64,000 bases of DNA from an uncultured delta proteobacterium (GTDB lineage Bacteria; Desulfobacterota; Binatia; UBA9968): NCBI GenBank assembly GCA_963847445.1, contig CAWJZV010000025.1:119980-183979 (forward strand). The letters run 5' to 3'. Position numbers and translations under genes: made by a program. This document shows, piece by piece, positions 44,173 through 54,507 of this stretch. Under the pieces are notes generated by a model that had not been told where the DNA came from, made no database searches, and saw only the letters and a list, made by a program, of their open reading frames with translations. Positions within the stretch are counted from its first letter, which is position 1, and every line of letters starts with the position of its first letter.

Positions 44173-46846
44173 ATGGATCTCAATCGTTTGACGGAACAAT
44201 CCCAGGAAGCGTTGCGCAAGGCGCAAGAGTTGGCTGTGCGGCGCAATCACCAGGGCATCGATTCGCTACATCTTTTGGCGGCGCTACTGGAAGAAAAGAA
44301 CGGCTTGGCTGCCGGCTGTCTCGCCGCCGCGGGCATTGCGCCGAGCGCTGTGACCGAACGAGTCGAGCAGGAGCTCAATGCGATGCCGCAGGTGTCCGGG
44401 CCGGGCATGGAAGCGCAGCAAGTGTATTTTACCCAGGGATTGGCCCGACTCCTGACCCAAGCCGAAGACGAAGCCAAGTCTCTCAAGGACGAGTATGTCA
44501 GCGTCGAGCATTTGCTGCTCGCCATGATCGCCGACGAGCGCAGTGCGGTGGCGCGGCTACTGCGGCCTCTGGGATTAACCCGCGAGCGGCTGCTCGGCGG
44601 CGATTAAAAAAATTCGCGGCAGCCAGCGGGTTACCTCGCCCAATCCTGAAACGACCTATCAAGCGCTCGAGCGCTACGGCCGCGATCTCACCCAGTTAGC
44701 CGGTCAAGGCAAACTCGATCCGGTGATCGGCCGCGACGATGAGATTCGCCGGATTATCCAGGTGTTATCCCGCCGCACGAAAAATAACCCGGTGCTGATC
44801 GGCGATCCCGGCGTCGGCAAGACCGCGATTGTCGAAGGGCTTGGCGCAGCGGATTGTCCGCGGCGATGTGCCGGAGAGTCTGAAAAATCGCCGCTTGATC
44901 GTGCTCGACATGGGCGCGCTCATCGCCGGCGCCAAGTTCCGCGGCGAGTTTGAGGAACGACTGAAGGCGGTTCTCAAAGAAGTGCAGGAGTCCGCAGGGC
45001 GAGGTGATTCTGTTCATCGACGAGCTGCATACGGTGGTCGGCGCCGGCGCGGCGGAAGGCGCCATGGATGCGTCCAACTTGCTCAAGCCGATGTTGGCGC
45101 GCGGCGAGCTGCATTGCATCGGCGCGACCACGTTGGATGAGTACCGCAAGTATGTCGAGAAGGACCGCGCGCTGGAGCGGCGTTTCCAGCCGGTGCTGGT
45201 CGATCAGCCCAATGTCGAGGATACGATTTCGATATTGCGCGGCCTCAAAGAACGCTACGAAGTGCACCATGGCGTGCGCATCAAAGACGCGGCGCTGGTG
45301 ACCGCCGCGGTGTTGTCCCATCGCTACATCAGCGACCGTTTCCTGCCCGATAAGGCGATCGATCTGGTCGACGAGTCGGCGGCCAAGTTGCGCACCGAGA
45401 TCGACTCCATGCCCACCGAGCTGGATGAGGTCTCGCGCCGGGTCATGCAACTGGAGATCGAAAGGGAAGCCCTGCGCAAAGAAACGGACCAGCCTTCGCG
45501 CGAGCGCTTGACCAAGTTGGAAAACGAGTTGGCGGGATTAAAAGCCGAACAGGGCCAATTGCGCGCTCGCTGGGAAGTGGAAAAGCAGGGCATCGACCGG
45601 CTCAAAACTCTCAAACAAGAGATCGAAAAAAATAAACTCGCCATGGAACAGGCCGAGCGGGACTACGATTTGAACCGCATGGCCGAGCTCAAGTACGGCA
45701 AGCTCGTCCAACTCGAACGGGAGCTGGCGGCCGAGGAAGAGCGCTTGCGCCAGAGCGGCGGCAGGCAATTGCTCAAGCAGGAGGTCGACGAAGACGATAT
45801 CGCATCGGTAGTCGCGCGCTGGACCGGCATCCCGGTGTCGCGCTTGCTCGAGGGCGAAAAGGAAAAGTTGCTCCGGCTGCCCGAGCATCCTGCACAAGCG
45901 CGTCGTCGGCCAGGAGGAAGCGGTCGAGGCGGTGGCCGACGCGGTGGTGCGCGCCCGCTCCGGGCTCAAAGATCCCAACCGGCCCATCGGCTCGTTTATC
46001 TTCTTGGGTCCCACCGGCGTCGGCAAGACCGAGCTCGGGCGCGCCCTGGCGGAATTTCTCTTCGACGATGAAAACAATATGGTGCGCCTCGACATGTCGG
46101 AATATCAGGAGAAGCATACCGTGGCGCGGCTGATCGGCGCGCCGCCGGGATATGTCGGCTACGAGGAAGGCGGCCAGCTCACCGAAGCGGTGCGGCGCCG
46201 TCCCTACGCCGTCGTGTTATTCGATGAAATCGAAAAGGCGCACCAGGATGTGTTCAACGTCTTGCTGCAAATTCTCGATGACGGACGGCTCACCGACGGC
46301 CATGGGCGCACCATCGATTTCAAGAACACGGTGGTGATCATGACTTCCAACGTCGGCAGCCATTTGATCGCCAACTACCGCGGGCGAGACGATGCGGCGG
46401 CGTTCGCGCCCATGCGCGCGCAGGTGCTCGATGCGCTCAGGCGCGAGTTTCGGCCGGAGTTCTTGAACCGCGTCGACGAGATCGTCGTGTTCCACAATCT
46501 GTCGCGTGAACACCTCAAAGCGATCACGGATATTCAATTGCGGCGGCTGCAACAGCGGCTCGATGAGCGTCATATCACTTTGCAGATGACCGATGCTGCG
46601 CGCGAATATCTGGCGACCACGGGTTACGACCCCAATTACGGCGCCCGTCCGCTCAAACGGTTGATCCAAAAAGAAATCGAGACGGCGCTTGGCCGGCTCA
46701 TTCTCAAAGGGGAAGTCAAAGACGGCGATACCGTGACGGTCGACACCGAGGCCAAAGCTGCCGGTCTCAAGTTCAGCGTGCAACTGGTTAGCGAGCCGCA
46801 AAAGCGTGGCGCGGCGGAAAGCGACGCCAAGAGCGCGTTGGCCTAG
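44173..46846 (+). CDS. clpB: ATP-dependent chaperone ClpB, frameshifted
   Basis: Clp N-domain, [18 protein letters not shown], middle coiled coil (AELKYG), [25 protein letters not shown]. Confidence 0.95.
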
Positions 46847-46856
46847 GGCGAATCGA

Positions 46857-47444
46857 ATGCGTGAATCTCGACGCCAAGGCGATGGCCATTTCGCCTTGTC
46901 GCTCACGTTACTGCCTTGCGGTGACGTGAAAAAAGCGCAATTGGCGGAGTTGGCGCGAGCCCTCTCGGCGCAGGGAATCGACGTGAGAATTGGCAAGCAA
47001 GAATCGCTGCCGCAGCAAGCGTTCGACCCGCGCCGCCGTCAATATCGAGCCGACGACTTGCTCGCCATGGCGCGTCGCCAACCCGGCGCGCACCTGTTGG
47101 TCGTGACCGATTGCGATTTATACTCGGATCACCTGAATTTTGTCTTCGGTTTGGCGGACTCGCCGGGAAAGTGTGCAGTGATATCGCTGTTTCGCCTTCG
47201 GCTGGGGGTCAACGAAGAAACCTTCCGCCGGCGTGCGGTGAAGGAAGCGCTGCACGAGCTTGGCCACATGCTCGGTCTAAGTCACTGTGCAAAGCCGCAT
47301 TGTGTCATGTACTTCAGCAACTGCCTTGAGGATACCGACCGAAAGGAGAGCGCTTGGTGTGAAGGGTGTGAAAGGAAGCTTCAAACAAATGTTCGGCATG
47401 CATCGTTTGCCCAAACCGATGGAGGTGTCTTATGGCTACGGTAG
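46857..47444 (+). CDS. Archaemetzincin (M54) zinc metalloprotease
   Basis: RRQY, NFVFGLA, KEALHELGHMLGLSHC..CVMYFS..TDRK..CEGC. Confidence 0.9.
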   Translation: MRESRRQGDGHFALSLTLLPCGDVKKAQLAELARALSAQGIDVRIGKQESLPQQAFDPRRRQYRADDLLAMARRQPGAHLLVVTDCDLYSDHLNFVFGLADSPGKCAVISLFRLRLGVNEETFRRRAVKEALHELGHMLGLSHCAKPHCVMYFSNCLEDTDRKESAWCEGCERKLQTNVRHASFAQTDGGVLWLR

Positions 47445-47963
47445 CGCGCAAAGCAGAATTGCCCAGCAGAGCAATCGAGCCGCCTGATCCGCGATTGGAC
47501 AGCATGGTTTCGATCGAGAAAGTTCTTTATGCCAGGCGTTCGGTGTGGCGAACTTTGCGTCCCTTCGATTAAACTCAGGACAAGCTTGGCGCGAGGAATA
47601 TCCGAGAGTTTCCGGCGCCCGAGAGATTTGCCATGGGCTGAACTACTCAAACAGCGGAATTGACTCGCGCCAAGGAGCAGAGCACGCCAAGTTCAGAGGG
47701 GTGAGATGAAAAATCTTGGAGCAATTATTCTCCGTTATTCTCCGACCTTTGCGGCCTTGGCGCCCTTCGACGTCGCTCAGGCCATGCTCTGCGGGAAGTA
47801 TTCCGAATTTCATTTGCAGCCTGTCGGGGATTACAGTTTTTCGGAGTCATGGTGGCCGCGCGCGGCTCTCTGTCAGATCATTATTGCTCAGAGTGCTTAC
47901 GCCGCGCAGAGTTCCCAGCCGGCGCAAAGCAAAGCCACCGTCCGCGAGTAATTTTTTAGCTCA

Positions 47964-48245
47964 TTACCGGACCGTCGGGTCGAGAACCGCGCAGAGAATA
48001 TACAAGCCTGTAACTTCAAAGATCTCTGCCGCGCGACTGGCCAGGGCCAGCTCAATGTTCTCTTCCTGTTCCTCCGCAAGAGCGGGTGGCGGGAAAACTT
48101 CGACGTGGCCGTCCTCGTCTTCGTATTGAATAGTGCTGGTCTCGACAACTGCCTCGGGGCAGAGCTCCTTGGCATAAAGGGCCAATTCGGTGAGCTTGGC
48201 ATCCAGAACCGCTCGATAACCGTCTCTCCTAGAACGTGCTTCCAT
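47964..48245 (-). CDS. Small acidic protein coupled to the HEPN gene (possible antitoxin)
   Basis: Overlaps HEPN stop, GGAGG RBS; acidic YEDEDGH segment. Confidence 0.55.
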   Translation of the reverse strand: MEARSRRDGYRAVLDAKLTELALYAKELCPEAVVETSTIQYEDEDGHVEVFPPPALAEEQEENIELALASRAAEIFEVTGLYILCAVLDPTVR

Positions 48246-48606
48246 GGCGTGTTACCTCCTCGACGGCTGCTACAAACGTAGTCGCTCTGCGGGTCAATCG
48301 ATGGGCTACTTTTTGGCTGACGCCGGAGCGCCCGTAGTCGGCGGCTTGCCGTACAGCAAGCCCGGTTGAGATATAATCCCGAAACGGAGCGGGGTAAATC
48401 TTTCGACGATGAATGAGCTCAGTAGTGAACGCGGCCTGTAAGCCAGGATGGCTCCATGCAGTCCGCGTAACCCCAGAAATTTCCAGCGCCACCTGCGCTG
48501 CTTGGAACATGGCGTAGTAGGCGCGGCTAGCCGCGGAGTTGGCACAACCTTCCCGTAAGCAAAGATTAGCGGCCTTTAGAGATTCTTGAGCCCTATCCAG
48601 ATTCAC
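48229..48606 (-). CDS. HEPN-domain protein (UPF0332-like)
   Basis: AQESLKAA, AASRAYYAMFQAA, SH, RQAADY. Confidence 0.85.
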   Translation of the reverse strand: MNLDRAQESLKAANLCLREGCANSAASRAYYAMFQAAQVALEISGVTRTAWSHPGLQAAFTTELIHRRKIYPAPFRDYISTGLAVRQAADYGRSGVSQKVAHRLTRRATTFVAAVEEVTRHGSTF

Positions 48607-49013
48607 AAGTCGCAGCGTAGCCCTGGGCCAACTAGCTGTCAAACGAGACCAGAGAAAGAAAATGTACCGGGAGTCGTGTCTAAGTTTAGCCTGTCAAGTC
48701 ACGTTGGCATAACAAAGATCACGCGTGGCAAGCTCGTGCGAAAGTATAACGGCGGAGTATCCGATGGCCACGATCTAAGTGAAAACGTTTGGGAATGTTA
48801 TTTTTTTTTACACCTGGCGAGCTTTGCGTCCCTTCGATTAAACTCAGGACAGACTTTGCGCGAGATATCCGAGTTTCGTCTGCGGCCTTGCCGCGCTGTT
48901 GCGCGATCGCTCCCTGCTCTCGTTCGTGATTATTCGCGGTATTCGGAAAAGCTTTTGTCATTTGTGCAAAAGCGTGTGCCTTAGTCTTCTCCTGTTGCAG
49001 TCTTTACATTGCT

Positions 49014-49198
49014 AGACTTCGCGCCAAACAATCCATCGTAAACGTTGCTGATATCCCGCCTGAGGTAACCGGAATTTTTCTTTGCGCGCGCCGAAGAGCG
49101 TAGCGTAGAGTTTTCTAACTATTACGCCGCGTCTTGGCATGTGCTTTGGGTAGGCAATTAACTCAAAAGTCTTGGAGTGACAAAGCAGCTGCGTATGC
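49014..49198. repeat. ~180-bp duplicated upstream block, copy 1
   Basis: Highly similar to ~52247-52428 (cgcgccaaacaatccatcgtaaacgttg...ttaactcaaaagtcttg). Confidence 0.85.
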
Positions 49199-49371
49199 GC
49201 AACGTAGTCCGGGCTCGCCACGGAGGGATGGAAAATTGTTTCTCATGATCGCGAAAAGTCTCTGTGCAATTCACTTTACCAGATCATGCAATGGTTAGGT
49301 CTGTATAAAGAAACTCTTCCGAATTGAGGCCGTTCATTGTGTTCTCCGGCACGCCTGCCGAACAAGAACAA

Positions 49372-49386
49372 TGGCATGTTTGATGC
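49372..49386 (+). promoter_or_regulatory. Probable sigma-54 promoter
   Basis: TGGCATGTTTGATGC upstream of the papain-like gene. Confidence 0.55.
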
Positions 49387-49427
49387 TGTAAACACAGCTC
49401 AAGATTAATTGTCTGTCTACAAAGGCA

Positions 49428-51974
49428 ATGTTACTTGGAAGGCCGATGGAGAAGTCAGCCGTCGCAGAGGAGGGCGTCTCGATGAAGACCAACGAAGAGG
49501 GGGGCATACGGCAACCGCGAACAAGGGCCAGCAAACGGATAACACCTATAGGAGTACTGGTCCGGTGCTTTGCTCGCTGCATTCTCCTCCTAGGTTTGGT
49601 TTGGCTCGCGCAAGCTAACGTCGAGGCCGCGGCCGCTGCAGACGCGCCAGCCACATTAGCCACGCAGGATTTGCGAGTATGGGTAGGGGAACGCCCTATT
49701 CCGGGCAGTCAATTGCAAGAGGTTTGGGTTGCCAAGCAGCTTTCGGTGTACGAGGAAGTGTATCCTTTTTCTGGCCAATCGGTCATTGGACTTGGAATTA
49801 CCGGTTTTGTGCAGTTCAACAGCGAGCGGAGCATGGTACGGGTTGTGATGGTGGATGATCAGCTCCATGAATATCTTGTCTACGAGATGTACCCGCTCCT
49901 CGCCTCCGCCTACGTCCTCCCGATCCGCGATGCCTGCCAGGAAACCTGCCTGCTGCCGCCTACCGCCCCGGCCAGCTTAAAGGTCGAGCTGGTGGATGCC
50001 TCGCTTGAGATCCAGACGATAGTCATCAATCAGTTGATGGCTCCGCAGCGTACTCGCGGAGCGCTTTCAGCGGACACGGTACAGCAGCTGGAGAATATGA
50101 AGAAGGCTCAGGCCACCGAGATCATCTCCGTCTTGAATCGACAGATCCAAGCGAAGGGGTTGAGCTGGCGTGCGGGCGAAACGGCGATCTCGCGCCTGTC
50201 GTACGCCGAGAAGAAAAAGCTCCTTTCTTGCGTCGAATCCGGTCGTGATATCGCACCCAACCTGCAAGGCGCTGAGTACTACACGGGTGGGATCTTCGAA
50301 GTGAATCCCGGAACCATGACTCTCTTTTTGCCCGAAAGCGCATCTTCTTCGATGATCGACTCTTTCGACTGGAGCGATCGCCATGGAGCCAATATGCCCG
50401 GCTCTCCGTACTATGATGGGGATCCTACCGGCAGTGGATGGATGACGTCCGTCAAAAGTCAGCGCTGCGCGGATTGTTGGGCACATTCCACTCTTGGTGC
50501 CATGGAAGCGCAAGCCAATCTATATTTCAATCAGCACGTGGACTTGGACTTATCTGAGCAGGAGTTGGTGTCGTGCAGCGGAGCGGGCAGCTGCCAATAT
50601 GGAGGAAACACGGGATCGGCGCTGTCTTATGTCGAGAGAGTAGGAGTGGTGGATGAGGCATGTTTTCCAGAATCCGGCACGGATGAACCATGCACTAACT
50701 GTTGTCCAGCGCCCCGGGAACGAATCCGCATCGCCGGATTCGAGGGATTTAATCCCAGCTGGGAAGGAGAAGACAACATCAAGAGACGACTGATAAAATC
50801 GGGTCCATTACCATTTGGAATTAGCAGTTGGTGGCATGCCATGGTGCTGGTGGGGTATGTGCGGGATCCCGCGACGGGAGAGACGGTGTGGATCCTGAAG
50901 AACAGTTGGGGACCCTCCTGGGGTGAGCAGGGGTATGGGTATGTGAAAGTACAATTGTCTGACATTTATCTCACCTATAACTTATTTAGTCCTGTCATCA
51001 GCCAGTTCACGCCGTATACGGTCGCCTGTTATGACGCTGATGGAGACGGATACTTTAACTGGGGTATCTCTGACAAAGCTCCCGACTCCTGTGGGAAAGT
51101 CCCATCGATAAAGGATTGTGACGATTCAGATCCTAACGTGGCGCTCTTGTTAGAAAATGGCGCTTGTACGGCTCCACCTCGCCCGGATACGACACCGCCG
51201 GGGATCAGCATCGCCGCCACGCCGTCGACTCTGTGGTCGCCGAACGGCAAAACAGTCCCGGTCGTCGTCGCCGGAACGATCACGGATGCCGACTCTGGCG
51301 TGGATGCGAGCACGGCGACATATACGGTGAGCGATGAGTACGGAGTTGTCCAGCCTAACGGACGCGTACCCCTAGAGTCGAGCGGCAGTTACACAATCAC
51401 CGTACTGCTGGAAGCCTCGCGCCGCGGAAACGACATTAACGGTCGGCAGTACATCATAACGGTGCGGGCACAAGATCGGTCAGGGAACTCCGCTGCAGCT
51501 TCCACCGTGGTGACTGTTCTCCACGATATGGGGGATCGCGTGGTGAACGATCTCTTGGCGCTGGCGCATATGAGCACCATGCTTGATGCAATCCCCGTGG
51601 AGGGAGGCCCCGCCGGTACGTTTCGCATTACGGCCGTGTTCACCAACATTAGTACCCAGACAATCAGGCATACGTTTGCGGAAGTCGTGGCCCTTAGCGA
51701 AGGAAATTTGCTGCTCAACGCTGATGATGGCCCTGGCGGGGTCGGTGCTCGGGTGACTCTCCCCAGTACTGAGAACACACTGTTGCCCGGAGCGACACAG
51801 ACATTTGAGTTTGTGATTGGTCTTCAGAACAGGGAGCCGTTCACTTTCCTTGTGAACATCCGAGGCGCCTTGGAAACGCCGAGCTCTCCTGTAGCTGACA
51901 AGCAGAACAAACGGCGCGTCGAGCGAGCGGTTTTGCCCTCCGGGAAGATTAAAAGCGGGTCGAATCTACGTTGA
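49428..51974 (+). CDS. Secreted C1A papain-family cysteine peptidase with C-terminal beta-sandwich domains
   Basis: FDWSD, SQRCADCWAHS (catalytic Cys), DLSEQELVSC, HAMVLVGY, WILKNSWG; DADGDGY/DCDD Ca-type motif; exact start uncertain. Confidence 0.9.
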   Translation: MLLGRPMEKSAVAEEGVSMKTNEEGGIRQPRTRASKRITPIGVLVRCFARCILLLGLVWLAQANVEAAAAADAPATLATQDLRVWVGERPIPGSQLQEVWVAKQLSVYEEVYPFSGQSVIGLGITGFVQFNSERSMVRVVMVDDQLHEYLVYEMYPLLASAYVLPIRDACQETCLLPPTAPASLKVELVDASLEIQTIVINQLMAPQRTRGALSADTVQQLENMKKAQATEIISVLNRQIQAKGLSWRAGETAISRLSYAEKKKLLSCVESGRDIAPNLQGAEYYTGGIFEVNPGTMTLFLPESASSSMIDSFDWSDRHGANMPGSPYYDGDPTGSGWMTSVKSQRCADCWAHSTLGAMEAQANLYFNQHVDLDLSEQELVSCSGAGSCQYGGNTGSALSYVERVGVVDEACFPESGTDEPCTNCCPAPRERIRIAGFEGFNPSWEGEDNIKRRLIKSGPLPFGISSWWHAMVLVGYVRDPATGETVWILKNSWGPSWGEQGYGYVKVQLSDIYLTYNLFSPVISQFTPYTVACYDADGDGYFNWGISDKAPDSCGKVPSIKDCDDSDPNVALLLENGACTAPPRPDTTPPGISIAATPSTLWSPNGKTVPVVVAGTITDADSGVDASTATYTVSDEYGVVQPNGRVPLESSGSYTITVLLEASRRGNDINGRQYIITVRAQDRSGNSAAASTVVTVLHDMGDRVVNDLLALAHMSTMLDAIPVEGGPAGTFRITAVFTNISTQTIRHTFAEVVALSEGNLLLNADDGPGGVGARVTLPSTENTLLPGATQTFEFVIGLQNREPFTFLVNIRGALETPSSPVADKQNKRRVERAVLPSGKIKSGSNLR

Positions 51975-52246
51975 GCTCTTAGTGTCGCAGGGCGCAAATT
52001 TGCGGTGGGGGACATAGCAGCATGGGACCGAAAAGGGGTCGAGGAAAGCGCCGGTAAAAGCCGGATGAGAGTAGCGGATGAAAAGTTCTGCACGGGTCTT
52101 GGGGCTGAATTTGATATCATAACTTTCTATCGAATTGTTGAGTCGTTGAGTCTGACCCTTGTGATCGTTTCGCGGCCTTCGGAAAGGGTTTCGCACTTGT
52201 GGCAAAGCGTTTGACCTAATTTGTCCTGTTGACGTTATCGCATTCG

Positions 52247-52428
52247 ACTATCGCGCCAAACAATCCATCGTAAACGTTGACGATATCCCGCCTGAGTTAA
52301 GCGGAATGTTTTCTTCGCGCGTGCCAAAGCGCGTAGCGAAAAGTTTTCTAACTATCCCGCCGCGGCTTGGCACGTTCCTTGATAGACGCGTTAACTCAAA
52401 AGTCTTGCAGTGATCAAGCAACCGCATC
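52247..52428. repeat. ~180-bp duplicated upstream block, copy 2
   Basis: Similar to 49014-49198; contains TGGCACGTTCCTTGA. Confidence 0.85.
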
Positions 52429-52510
52429 TCCGCTTTCTAGACCTCAATAACCCAGCTGAGGCTTTCCAAGCGTCAGGGCTTTGTTAAATCGATCAGAAGG
52501 AGAACAAGAC

Positions 52511-54507
52511 ATGTTTAAGCCATCTGTAATAAAGCACTGGACGATTCCTTCGATTTTCGTTTTCGCGGCACTCACGCTCGTTGTTACGCTGACGGGAGCC
52601 CACCTCGCGCAGGCGGGTGGGTTCAACGTCGATTCCCTGGTGACTTTCACACCTCTGTCCTCGACCTACCGCACCACCACCAACACCACCGGGTGTCCGG
52701 CCGGTTTCGTCGGGAAATTCACCTTCACTGCGCAGTTGACGAATAAACCGGACAGTCCCGCGATGCCGGGTCTGGACGTGCTCGTGCAGACATTGACCAA
52801 CGGCAACGTGCTGCTGGATCCGCAGACCAACGCCCGTCTTGGGCGGCGCGGGCGCTGTCATGGAAGTACCCGAGGTGGGGCAGTATGCCGACGGCCTGCT
52901 GAGTGCGGACGAGACGGTGGACGTGCCGTTTGTTGTTTGCTTGAAGACACGCCAGTCGTTTCAGTTTTTCGTCGATGTGTTCGGTGTCGTGACCGAGCTG
53001 GTGAGTGTCAATCTGTCGGGAACGAACAGTGGCAATGGCGCTCGACGTCTCGCAGTCAGCGCGGATGGCCGCTTCGTGGCGTTCCACAGCGATGCGAGCG
53101 ACTTGGTGACGAACGACAGTGATCGGCCACCAACTGATCCGTTAGCGTTTCGGCAGCGGACGTATTCGTGCGGGATCTCCAGACCGGAACCACCACGTTG
53201 GTGAGCGTCAATCGGTTTGGAACGAACAGTGGCAATGGCGCCTCTGGAATGCGACCGGCTCAGCGCGGATGGCCGTTTCGTGGCGTTCACAAGCGAAGCG
53301 AGCGACTTGGTGACGAACGACACCAGTGTACGCAACGGACGTGTTCGTGCGCGATCTGCAGACCGGAACAACCACGTTGGTGAGCGTCAACCGGTTTGGA
53401 ACTAACGGTGGCAATACAGCGGGTCGCAGGACCCTCGTGCTCAGCGCCGACGGCCGTTTCGTGGTGTTCCAGAGCCTTGCGAGCGACCTGGTGGCAACCG
53501 ACACCAATGGGACCGGGGACGTGTTCGTGCGCGATCTGCAGACGGGGACTCACCACGCTGGTCAGCGTTAATCGGTCCGGAACCGACAGTGGGAATGGAA
53601 ACTTGGCGGTCGGCAAGCAGGCGCTTCGTGGGTTTCACAAGTAGCGCGAACGACTTGGTGCACGCTGGCACCAACGACGTGTTCGTGCGCGATCTGCAGA
53701 CGGGAACCACCACGCTGGTGAGTATCAACCGGTTTGGAACGAACAGTGGCAATGAGTTTTCGCTGGTCTGAGCTTAGCGCGGACGGTCGTTTCGTGGCGT
53801 TCGGAGCTACGCGACCGACCTGGTGGCGAACGACACCAATGCATGCGATGTGTTCGTGCGCGATCTCCAGACGGGAACGACCACTCTGGTGAGCGTCAAC
53901 CGGCGGGAACGAACAGTGGCAATGGCAATCTCGCAGCTCGCCGGGATCAGTGCGGACGGGCGTTTTGTGGCGTTCGAGAGCGACGCGAGCGACCTGGTGG
54001 CGAACGACACCAATGGGGCATGGGATGTGTTTCGTGCGCGATCTGCAAACCGGGACTACCACGCTTAGTGAGCGTCAACCGGGCGGGAACGAACGGCGGT
54101 AATGGCTTCTTCACGGCGACCCTGCGATCAGCGCGGACGGCCGTTTCGTGGCGTTCTCGGAGCGGGGCGAGCGATCTGGTGGATGAGAACGATTCCAATG
54201 GGTCGTTCGGCACTGACGTGTTCGTGCGCGATCTGCAGACCGGGACCACTACGCTGGTGAGCGTCAACCGGGCGGGGACAAGATCGCGGCAATAACGGTT
54301 CGGACTTGCTTGCCAGTGACCTGTACGACCGTCGGATCAGCGCGGACGGTCGCTTCGTGGCGTTCGACGAGCGATGCGAGCGACCTCGTGGCAAACGACA
54401 CCAATGGGAAATCGGACGCTTTTGTGCGTCCGGTGCCGCGATGTGCGAGGGTGAGGCACAAGGAGGGGCTCGAACAATTGAGCACGTCTAAAGGAGAAGC
54501 GTTATGA
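52511..54507 (+). CDS. Secreted TolB/PD40-like beta-propeller protein A, frameshifted
   Basis: Signal peptide (AQA), N-terminal ~120-aa domain, ~8 repeats of SADGRFVAF.S.ASDLV..DTNG..DVFVRDLQTGTTTLVSVN. Confidence 0.8.

Noticed and set aside
1920-47500. Numerous long antisense ORFs (e.g. 5476-6309+, 23477-24445+, 46217-46996-)
   Set aside because: Shadow ORFs expected in high-GC coding DNA opposite well-supported genes
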